Source of the DNA: Octopus sinensis
Lineage: Eukaryota
Reading direction: 5' to 3'
Assembly (NCBI RefSeq): GCF_006345805.1
Contig: NC_043007.1
Coordinates: 31,186,001 to 31,250,000, forward strand
DNA: 64,000 nt
Shown: positions 23,975 through 36,200 of the stretch, in pieces
Position numbering within the stretch: the first letter of the stretch is position 1
How the letters are laid out: the number at the start of each line of letters is the position of its first letter
Notes under the pieces: generated by a model
Told to the model about the DNA's origin: nothing
The model's input: the letters and a program-made list of their open reading frames with translations, nothing else
The model's database searches: none
Translations under genes and position numbers: made by a program

Positions 23975-26014
23975 TATATACGACGGGCTTCTTTCAGTTT
24001 CTGTCTACCAAATCTACTCACAAGGCATTGGTCGGCCCGAGGCTATAGTAGAAGACACTTGCCCAAGGTGCCACACAGTGGGACTGAATCCGGAACCATG
24101 TGGTTTATAAGCAAGCTACTTACCACACAGCTACTCCTATGCCTATTATAAAAAAGTCGTTAAGATATTTTATATATTGTAGAAATATAAACAATTTATT
24201 GCCCATAAAGTTTAGCAACAAAATCTCCTGTGGGCCCCCAAGGGCGTTATGGACCCAGGTTGATAACCGCTGGAAAGTATGAACCCAATTTTATTCAACA
24301 ACTCTTTTTATTTCTGTACATTTTTTTTTTTTAAATGTTGGTTTTCTAAAATTATTCACTAATTTTTGTATTTGTTTCTTATCCTCAACACAGATAACGT
24401 AATAAGTGTCCATGACTTATCTACATTCGGATTGTTAACTATAATGGGTCGAACCAAAGGAGCAACGTTATTTGCTGTTGATGTGAAGGTAAGAAAAAAA
24501 AAATTTTTTACCTGTCTGGGATGACTTATGTGTTAAAGTTATGATTTTTTTTTTCTGTGTTAACCTCATTTTTTTTCTAGAGATAAACGACTTTTTTAAT
24601 ATTTATATCAATTAAGGCAGCAAACTGGCTGAATTGTTATCGTACTGGGGAAATTGCTAAGTGGTATTTTGTCCATTTTTATGTCCTGAGTTCAAATGCA
24701 GCTGAGGTTGACTTTGCCTTTTATCCTTTCGGGGTTGATAAAATAAGCATGGATCTGACTCATACCCTGTTCTCTTCCCGGACATTTGTACATTACTGCA
24801 TATGCTTTATACGCACTTTTGACAAGTTGTGGTCCACCTGAGCACTGTATACTATAATTTCATTATTATTATTTTAAAATAAGTACCAGGGAGGCCGAAG
24901 CCAGTGCCGCCTCGACTGGCTTCTGTGCCGGTGGCACGTAAAATGCACCAATCCGATCGTGGCCGATGCCAGCCTCACCTGGCACCAGTGCAGGTGGCAC
25001 GTAAAAAGAACCCACTACACTCACGGAGTGGTTGGCGTTAGGAAGGGCATCCAGCTGTAGAAACATTGCCAGATAAGACCGGAGCCTGGTGCAGCCTTCT
25101 GGCTTCCCAGATCCCCGGTCGAACCGTCCAACCCATGCTAGCATGGAAAACGGACGTTAAACGATGATGATGATGAAGTACCAGTTGAGCACTGGTGTCG
25201 ATGAAATTGACTTACCTCCTCCCTCAAAATTGCTGGCCTTGTGCCAAAATTTAAAACTAATATTTATATTTATTAAGGTGGCAAAATGGCAGAATCGTTA
25301 GCATCCTGGTTAAAATGCTTTGAGGCGTTTCGTCTGTTTTCACATTCTGAGTTCAAATTTTGCCGCTGTTGACTTTTACCTTTTGTCCTTTTGGGGGCTG
25401 ATAAAATAAGTACCAGTTGAGAACTGGGGGCTGATGTAATCGACCACCCCCTCAAAAAAAATTGCTGGCCTTGTGTCAAAATTTGAAACCCATAATTTTA
25501 AATTTATTAAGGTGACTGATGAGCTGGCAGAATTGTTACTGTTTCAGGCAAAATGGTTTGTAGCATTTCTTGTCTCTGAGATCAAATGACATCATCATCA
25601 TCATCATCTTCATTTACCATCCGCCTTCCATACTGGCATCTGTTGGATGGTTTGACAGGAGCCGGCCAGGCAGAGGCCTGCACTTGACTTCAGTGTCTGC
25701 TTTAGCAGGGATTTTACGGCTGGATCCCCTTCCTAACACCAACCTCCCATCAGGAACGATTTTGTCTTTCATCCTTTTGAAGATAACAAAATAAATAATA
25801 GTTTGGCCCTGGGGCTGGGGTAATTAATTTCCCCCCCTCCCCACAAAATTACTGACCTTGAAAGAAATATATTTACATATTTATGTAGCATAGATATATA
25901 AGTGTTTTAAAAAAAAAATGCTTCTTATCTAATCTTAGTTTATAATCCAAACATTTGTAATCTTAAGGTCTTTATACAAGGGTTATATACATATATATAT
26001 ATATATGTGTGTGT

Positions 26015-26055
<41 letters not shown>

Positions 26056-26119
26056 TATAAACACACAGACACACACATACATATAAAATCACTTTATACA
26101 TAATAAGCAAATATCATCT

Positions 26120-26156
<37 letters not shown>

Positions 26157-26906
26157 TTACGTCCCCGTAACTTAGCGGTTCAGCAAAAGAAACCGATAGA
26201 ATAAGTACTAGGCTTACAAAGAATAAGTCCTGGGGGTCGATTTGCTCGACTAAAGGTGGTGCTCCAGCATGGCCACAGTCAAATGACTGAAACAAGTAAA
26301 AGAGAAAAGAGAATACAAAAAAGATGTATGCACATGTATTTATGTATGTAAGGATACATGATGACACACCCCTTCACTGACTGACTCTCTCTCTCTCCCT
26401 CTCACAAACACACACACATACATGTGTACAAACATCATCATCATCGTTTAACGTCCGCTTTCCGTGCTAGCACGGGTTGGACGGAGATACATACAAAAGC
26501 ACATGTATGTCTGTGTGTCTGAGAAAGAGGGGAAGAGAGAGAATACTGTAAAGAAGGAATGATATAAAACATGAAATGAAACGATTTTATAAATAGAATC
26601 TCATTAAAAACTATCTTTTTACGGAATATTTAAATATTTCTTTCAGTAATTTTATTGCAGTTGTCTGCAAACAGCAAATTAAAACTTGAAATGAAGGAAA
26701 ATTTCGTTGTTGCCATGTCAATACCGGAAGTTGGCATTAAGAGACCTTTTTTAATGAAGTCAATCACATATAGAAAGCGATATTATTTATTTAAAAAAAA
26801 AAATTTGAATGTAGAGCCGACCATGTGCCCAAGGTCAAATTGTTCATGTATCACAAGTATAGAAGCAATTGGTGAAGCGATATTCGCATGAAAAGCAAAT
26901 ACACAC

Positions 26907-26946
<40 letters not shown>

Positions 26947-29900
26947 CACCATCATCATCGTTCAACATCTGCTTTTCATGCTGGCATGGGTTGGATGATT
27001 TGACTGAGGACTGGTGAACCAGATGGCTGCACCAGGCTCCAGTCTGATCAGGCAGAGTTTCTACAGCTGGATGCCCTTCCTAACACCAACCACTGCGCGA
27101 GTGTAGGGGGTGCTTTCATGTACCACCAGCATGAGGGCCAGTCAGAGACAGTACTGGCAATGGCCATGCTCAAATGGTGTCTTTTATGTGCCACCTGCAC
27201 AAGAGCCAGTCCAGTGGCACTGGCAACAACCTCGCTCAAATATTGTTTTTCACGTGCCACCGGCACAAGTGCAAGTATGGCAATGCTGGTAGTGATCACG
27301 CTCGAATGGTACTTCACAAGAGCAAGTCAGTGCCTCTGGCAACGATCACACTCGGATGGTGCTCTTAGCGCTCCACTAGCATGGATGCCAGTCATGCGGT
27401 GCTGTCATCGAATCTGATTTCAATTTCACTTGCCTCAACAGGTCTTCACAAGCAGAGTTTAGTGTCCAATGAAAGAAAGGTACGCATAAGTGGGCTTGCC
27501 AGCTCTTCTTAAGCACGACATATTTCCAAAGGTCTCAGTCACTAGTCATTGCCTCAGTGAGGCCTAATGTTCAAAGGTCGTGTTTCACCACCTCATCCCA
27601 GGTCTTCCTGGATCTACCTCTTCCTCAGGTTCCCTCAACTGCTAGGGTGTGGCACTTTTTCACACAGCTAGCCTCATCCATTCTCACCACATGACCATAC
27701 CAGCGCAGTCGGTTCTCTTGCACACTACATATGATGCTTCTTAGGTCCAACCTTTCTCTCAAGGCACTTACACTCTGTCGAGTATGTACACTGACATTAC
27801 ACATCCATTGGATCATACTGGCTTCATTCCTTGTGAGCTTACACATATCCTCAGCAGTCACGGCCCATGTTTCACTGCCATGTAGCATGGGAGTTCGTAC
27901 ACATGCATCATACAATCTACCTTTTACTCTGAGCGAGAGGCCCTTTGTCACCAGTAGAGGTAGAAGCTCCCTGAACTTTGCCCAGGCTATTCTTATTCTA
28001 GCAGCTACACTTTCAGTGCACCCAACCCCCAAGGTGTGTTTTGCTGTAGAGGAGGTATATGACAGAAATGGGTGTCTTGCTGTAGAGGAGCTACACGGCT
28101 ACTCCAGTTGGAAAAGAGAGAGAGAGAGTGCTTAATAATCTCTGCAATGTAGACATCTTGTGTATGGAAATTTCAAGTGGCACTAGTAAGTTGGTGTTAT
28201 CAATTGAAGCGAAAAATATATTTTTTTATTTTTGTTAATAATTTCTAAATTTTAATTTTCATTTTATATTTTATCCAGAATCCTGAATCAAACAAAAAAC
28301 AACACTTAAGATTATGTGTGGCTGTCAAGAAAAAAATCCAGGTAATAATTTGCACCTTGTTCCTTCTTTTTATTGTTTCTTTCACTGATTTCAGCCATTG
28401 GACTATGGCCATGCTGGAGCACCGCCTATAGTCGAGCAAATCGACCCCAAGACTTATTCTTTGTAAGCCTAGTACTTATTCTATCGGTCTCTTTTGCCGA
28501 ACCGCTAAGTTACAGGGACGTAAACACACCACCATCGGTTGTCAAGCGATGTTGCGGGGAAAAACACAGACAAATCAACATACACACACACACATATATA
28601 TATACATATATACAACGGGCTTCTTTCAGTTTCTGTCTACCAAATCCACTCACAAGGCTTTGGTCGGCTCGAGGCTATAGTAGAAGACACTTGCCTAAGG
28701 TGCCACATAGTGGGACTGAACCCGGAACCATGTGGTTCGTAAGCAAGCTACTTACCACACAGCCACTCCAGTATTATTTTGGTTTGATAATTATTCTTTG
28801 ACCCAACACCGTGCTTTTTACCATGCAGTGTTGTGTCAAACACACACATACACACATGCTTACGCATGTGTGAGCGCACAAACACACACGCAAAATATGT
28901 ATGGATAGTTTGGGAAACTTTGTAACCACACATCCACATCCTGTGTTCAGGTCAAAAATTTTTTGCTTGCAAATTTTTGAGGGCTTTCTTAACCCTTTAT
29001 TATTTAAACCAGCCATATCAGGTAGTAGTGGTCTACCTGCTCCATGTTGAAAACCAGCCAGATCTAGCTGCTCACATCTACCCTACAATGTCATTCTAAA
29101 AATATACAATCACACCATTGAAATCTCAAAGCTACAAGATAATTCATGATTAATTCAAAACAATGTGAATAAAAGAATTAACTTTGACAAAGTAATCTGT
29201 ATGCTGAAGGATTAAGCTTTAAATATATTTTAATTAGTATGTTGTTGACTTTTCAACAATGAAGGACCAGATGTGGTGATTTGCTGTCAAGCTTAGTAAA
29301 ACCACTGCCTTCCACACATACAGGCTGCTCCTTTCAGGTGCCTGTGCCATTTAAAAAGCACCTGCGCTGCTGCCACATTAACGCATCCATGATGGTGACA
29401 TGTAAAAAGCACCCAACAACCTCTGTTAAGTGGTTGGCGTTAAGAAGGGCATCCGGCTGTAGGAACTATGCCACAACACACAGCTTGAGTCCGGACAGCT
29501 CCCTGCTGTCCAGCACTGTGTCAAACCATCCAACTCCAACCAGCACGGAGAGTGGATGTTAAATGATGATGATGATGATGATATTTAAGGTCAGTTTCTT
29601 AATAAGATCCTTGTTTGCGTCAGTGCAATTCAAAGGGTTCTTTTAAACATTCTCTTTCAATCTTGTCTGTATTTGGCATTAAGAAGCCATGTAAACCATA
29701 GCAATGCAGACATCAGAGTACAATGCAATTCATCATCATCATCATCGTTTAACGTCCGCTTTCCATGCTAGCATGGGTTGGACGATTTGACTGAGGACTG
29801 GTGAACCAGATGGCTGCACCAGGCTTCAGTCTTGATCTGGCAGAGTATCTACGGCTGGATGCCCTTCCTAATGCCAACCACTCCGAGAGTGTAGTGGGTG

Positions 29901-30583
29901 CTTTTTACGTGCCTCCAGCACGGGGACCAGTCAGGCGGCACTGGCAATGACCTCGCTCGAATCTTTTTACACATGCCACCGGCACAGGTGCCAGTAAGGT
30001 GAGGCTGGTAACAATCACGCTCGAGTGGTGCCCTTTTATGTGCCACTGGCACGGAAGCCGGTTAGCCTGGGCCTTTTGGATCCTATCAGACTATCCAACC
30101 CATCAGAGCATGAAACATGGATGTTAGATGGTGGTGGTGGTGGTGGTTGTTGCTGTTATTTATTTTTTTTACCAGCAAATGCTTTTGTACTTTTCTTTTT
30201 AATTTCCCAGTTTTCAAAATCATTCATAATATCTATGTAATGTTGAAATTATCTTTTTCAGTTGTATTACTGGCGAAATCGTGAATTTAAGGAAATGCAG
30301 GTAAGTCCACTATTTTATTTTCTTATTTTTTTACATGTTTCAGTCATTTTTGACCATGGCCATGCTGGAGCACCACCTTAAAGGGTTTTTTAGACAAAGA
30401 AATTAACCCCAGGACTTATTCTTTGTAAACCTAGTTTTGACCCTTGGACTTATTATTTGTGAGCCTAGTATTTATTCTATCGGTTTCTTTTGCCGAACTG
30501 CTAAACTAAAGGGACATAAACACACCAACATTGGTTGTCAAGCGATGGTGTGGAGACAAACACAGACACAAAGGCACACAGAC

Positions 30584-30633
<50 letters not shown>

Positions 30634-33252
30634 GTGATGGGTTGTTTCCGTCTAGCAAATCCACTCACAAGACTTTGGTCAGTCTGAGGCTATAGTAGAA
30701 GACACTTGCACGAGGTGCCTTGCAGTGGGATTGAACCTGGAACCATGTGATTGGGAAGTAAGCTTCTTGCCACACAGCCACGCCTGCACCTAAATATTCC
30801 CTTCATCATCATTGTTACCATTTTGATCATCATTCCAGGCTGCTGCCAAAGACACAAATATTTCCCATGATCCTGTCTCTTTCCACATTTGTTCACATCA
30901 ATAAAGATCTGCATCTTTGCCTTATCTCTTTCTTATCATTTTCTTTTTCTTTATAACTGCCCAATATTTATTAATCATTATTATTATTATTATCATTTAC
31001 CGTTGGTTTTTTCCATGCTAGCATGGATCAAAGGGAATCTGTTGAGGGAGATCTTCTATGGTCCGATACCCTTCCTGTCGTCAACCCTCACTTGTTTCCA
31101 AGCAAGGTAATATTTCCCATATGTCCTACATGGAAAACCGGAATGAGCAACCTCGCTTGTATGACGGTGATGCTCATTTACAGCTCTCACATGATGTCCA
31201 GACACACACAGCATCATCATCAGCATCATCATTGTTTTAACATTAACTTTCCCATATTTATCCACTTTTCCATGTTTGTCCCCTTTTATGCCCACAAGGC
31301 TTTGGTTGGCCCAAGGCTCTCGTAAAAGACACTTGCCCAAGGTGCTGCACTGTGGAACTGAACCCAAGACTACCTGGTTGGGAAGCATGCTTCTCAATCA
31401 GCCATGCCTCACCTATTTTAAGGACTTACCTTTCTGAAACACTCCATCAATCTCCAGGGATTATGGATTTCTTGATCCTGATGTCTTTTACACTTCTTCA
31501 CTGTCAGTATTCCCCAATCAGTGCCACCATTAAAATCTTCTTCTTCTTCCCCCCCCCCCCCTTGCTTCTGTGAATTTGGACAGAAAAAGGTGCATTTTAT
31601 TACCATCAACAAATAGACTAATTATTTAATTATATAATAATATTGAATAATTTTTCCTTTCCAGCCTGATTTATCGCTTTACGACACCCCACGAGCCATG
31701 AGTTGGTGTAACGATTCCATATTCGTAGGATTCAAACGAGAATATTTTGTGATAAAAGTAAGTTAACGAGTTTCAATATTTAATGTTCATTCATTTCTTG
31801 CTCTTGTTTGCTTCTTACTTTGTGTAAGAGGGACATTTGTGCAAGAGGGACATTTGTGCAAGAGGGACATTTGTGCAAGAGGGACATTTGTACAAGAGGG
31901 ACATTTGTACAAGAGGGACATTTGTGCAAGAGGGACATTTGTGCAAGAGGGACATTTGTGCAAGAGGGACATTTGTACAAGAGGGACATTTGTGCAAGAG
32001 GGACATTTGTACAAGAGGGACATTTGTACAAGAGGGACATTTGTGCAAGAGGGACATTTGTGCAAGAGGGACATTTGTGCAAGAGGGACATTTGTACAAG
32101 AGGGACATTTGTACAAGAGGGACATTTGTGCAAGAGGGACATTTGTGCAAGAGGGACATTTGTGCAAGAGGGACATTTGTACAAGAGGGACATTTGTGCA
32201 AGAGGGACATTTGTGCAAGAGGGACATTTGTATAAGAGGGACATTTGTATAAGAGGGACATTTGTGCAAGAGGGACATTTGTGTAAGAGGGACATTTGTA
32301 CAAGAGGGACATTTGTGCAAGAGGGACATTTGTGCAAGAGGGACATTTGTGCAAGAGGGACATTTGTATAAGAGGGACATTTGTATAAGAGGGACATTTG
32401 TGCAAGAGGGACATTTGTGTAAGAGGGACATTTGTACAAGAGGGACATTTGTGCAAGAGGGACATTTGTGCAAGAGGGACATTTGTGCAAGAGGGACATT
32501 TGTGCAAGAGGGACATTTGTATAAGAGGGACATTTGTATAAGAGGGACATTTGTGCAAGAGGGACATTTGTGCAAGAGGGACATTTGTGCAAGAGGGACA
32601 TTGTACAACAAAGAAATACAGAATATTGCTTGGTAGTTTCGTTTTCAAAAATGATGCATTTTCTCATGCTGAGAAATCACTATTTACTAGAGAAACATTC
32701 TTTTCTACTCTCGGCACAAAGCCTGAAAAACTAGAGAAATATTGAGGCTAATCTATTGTTTCAAAAATATCTTTTTGTTTTTCCTTCTTAGGTAAATGAT
32801 GGAAACTTAAAAGAACTGTTCTCTTTAGGAGGTAAGAGAAGTGAACCTCTTGTTGCTAAATTGTCTGATAATCAAATTACTCTAGGAAGAAATGAAATGT
32901 CCATCTTTATTGACGAAGAAGGTTCCCCAAGTCAGAAATATCCTCTTCAGTGGACAGACATCCCCATCGCTCTTGGTAAGTTGTTTTATCTTTTATCTTT
33001 TATCTTTTACTTGTTTCAGTTATTGGACTGTGGCCATGCTGGAGTTACTGCCCTGAAGGGTTTTTAGTGAAACAAATTGACCTGGGGCTTGTTTTTTTTT
33101 CGCATCTAATACTTACTCCATCAGCCTCTTTTGCCAAACTGCTATGGTATGGGGGATGTAAACAAACAAACACCAGTTGTCAAACAATAGGGGGAACAAA
33201 CACAAACATAAGGACGCGTGCTCACACACATGCACACACACACACACACACC

Positions 33253-33286
<34 letters not shown>

Positions 33287-36200
33287 TCACTATCATTTAA
33301 CAATCCGTTTTCCATGCTCGCATGGATTGGACAGCTTGACAGGAACTAGCAAGGTTCCATAGTTTGTACCAGGTTCCATAGTTCTGTTTTTGGCTTGGTT
33401 TCCACAACTGGACGCCCTTCCTAATTATTTTAACCCTTTAACCATTCAGGTTACTGACAAATATATCATCATCATCATCATCATCGTTTAACGTCCGCTT
33501 TCCATGCTGGCATAGGTTGGACGGTTTGACTAAGGACTGGCAAGCCAGAAGGCTGCACCAGGCTCCAGTCTGATTTGGCAAGGTTTCTATTGCTGGATGC
33601 CTTTCCTAACACCAACCACTCCGAGAGTGTAGTGTGTACTTTTTATGTGCCACCGGCACGGAAGCCAGTCAAGGTGGTGCTGGCATCGACCATGTTCGGA
33701 TGGTGCTTTTTACGTGCCACCGGCACAGGGATCACAACTACAATTTCCATCGATTTTTAATGTTGATGTACTTAACTCAATAGGTCTCCTCAAGCACAGG
33801 ATTGAAACGGTGTTTCTTTACTTGCCACCTGCACAGGAGTCAGTCCAGTGGCACTGGACCAGATATGTGGACCAGGTATGGCCAGTTTAAATGCTAAAGG
33901 CTCAAAGAACATAATTTTGCATTGATTATTTAAAAAATTTATTTCACGTGAATATTCAGCAGCATCATTGCAACACAAACCAAACTCTAGCTGTTCCAAT
34001 AGCTTGGCTTTTTACTTGGAGATATAACTTGGTGAAATGATGAGCCAACAAAGATGCATTCATGTGGTTGCCCAGCCTGCTAAGAATAGCAGCCAAATTC
34101 CCTCACACATAATGTGTATCTGCAGGCATTACTATCAATAAACTATTGTGAATTGTTTATTGTGAAGCATGGAACAAACTGCCGGCATCAGTTGTTAGTT
34201 GTCGGAGCACTGCATCCTTCAAAACTTCCATGCTTCCTGAGATTTGCCAACATTACACCAGATTTTCCCCCCTCCATACACACGCAAGCATCTATCTGAC
34301 TCATACACTGTCCACTTTCCAGACATTTGTACATTACTGCATATGCTTTATATGCACTTTTTGACAAGTTATGGTGCACCTGAGCACTGTATACAATAAT
34401 TTCATTATTATTATTATTATTATTATATTGTTTTCATATTGTTGCTATAACATTTATTTATTGTTGATCTATTATATTATATATTATATATTATATGTTT
34501 ATAGTGCACGACCCTCCTTACATTATTGCTGTCCTTCCAAAATATGTTGAAGTCCGAACTATTCAACCTCGTTTGATGATCCAAAGCATTGAGCTTCCTA
34601 AACCGTTATACATTTGTGTTGGCAGGTAAGTGTCCTTTACGCGAAAGTCTCTCACTAATTTCGTCTCTATTCTACTATTTATTTATTGCTTTAGTCTTTC
34701 TCGAAACAGAATTTATTCTTGTCTTCAATAATTATGTCTTACATCATCATCATCATCATCATCATCGTTTAACATCCGCTTTCCATGCTGGCATGGGTTG
34801 GACGAATGACTGAGGCTGGCGAACCAGGAGGCTGCACCAGGTTCCAGTCTTGATCTGGGAGAGTTTCTACAGCTGGATACCCTTCCTAACACCAACCACT
34901 CCGAGAGTGTAGTGGGTGCTTTTTACGTGCCACCAGCATGGGGCCAGTCAGGCGGCACTGGCAACAACCTCACTCGAATCTTTTACACATGCCACTGGCA
35001 CAGGTGCCAGTAAGGCAATGCTGGTAACAATCACACTCGAATGGTGTCTTTTATGTACCACCGGCACGGGGGCTAGATAGCTGCTCTGGCAACGATCACA
35101 CATGGATGGGGCTTTTAATACCCTACTAGCATGGGGCTCAAGTGCCAGTAAGGTGACGCTGGTAACGATCACGCTTGAATGGTGCCTTTTAAATGTCACT
35201 GGCACGGAAGCCGGTTAGCCGCTCTGTCAATGATCACACTCGTATGGTGCTCTTTGCAGCCTGCTAGCACGGATGCCAGTTGTCGAATTTCTATTAAGAT
35301 GGCTCAGTAAACAACATATCTCTGCATAAAGCCATGATGTGTACTTCCTGTTTTATGCACAATTCCATTCTCTACACAAACCCAACAAAACCCTCCCCAA
35401 TTCGACTCCCTCCTCCCAAATACCTCACCTCCAAATAAACACAGCAAATACGTAAACTCCTCTGGTCACATCAGTAAAACATAGAAACTGGTTCTAATCG
35501 TGTTTTGGCTACCATTCTCAAAGACTTCTCTCTAAGCTGGTGCCCTATTCTCACCAAACTCTTTAGCCTTTCATTTTCTCTCTTTTTGGAACTTAATCTA
35601 ATCTATGGAAAATCTCGTTAAAAAACCTCATTTAGCAACCACGTGGATTTGCATGTTACATTGCATAAATATACTTGACTCTGTCCTCTGTCAACCAAAT
35701 GGTTATGAACGAAATTTGGTAGATGGAAACCCATCAATAAAACCATTCCTGTTCTTGGGTGATAGACTTACCTGTCACTCAGGCACCTGAAGACACTACG
35801 GGCCTTCAGGTGCTTCTTGTGAGTTCCACTCTGTTTTAAGTATCCAGGCCCGGTCTGAGGCTCACTTCTTTTCTCCTCTCACGAAGCCATTAAATAAGAC
35901 AAAAGCAAAAAGAAGAGCAGTTACCTTTGGCTCTGCCAACTGCCTTCTTCTGCCTTCATCTCAGCATCTTCAGGAGATGGACACAGGTGAACTCTAATCT
36001 ACATGGCTTTTGTAGAGTTAATGTATTTGATGGCATAAAGGATGCCTGGGTATATTAAAGACACACCCCAATTTCAGCAGTACATTCAGGAGAAAAAATT
36101 CTTTAGCGCATTAAAGCAGGTAATATGGCCCAGTGGTTAGAGTGTTGGGCTCACACTCATGCGGTAGTGAGTTCAATTCCTGGACTGGGCTGTGTGTTGT

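Noticed and set aside
31780-32745. Nine long ORFs (up to 295 aa; [15 protein letters not shown] and [16 protein letters not shown] repeats) that look like Cys-rich or zinc-binding proteins
   Set aside because: They are translations of a stop-poor 17-bp minisatellite in several frames on both strands, inside a VPS39 intron.
31819-35290. CRISPR-like appearance of the 17-bp array and of the LINE 3' UTR subunit arrays
   Set aside because: Eukaryotic intron, no unique spacers (units abut or the variable parts are mutually homologous), and no cas genes.
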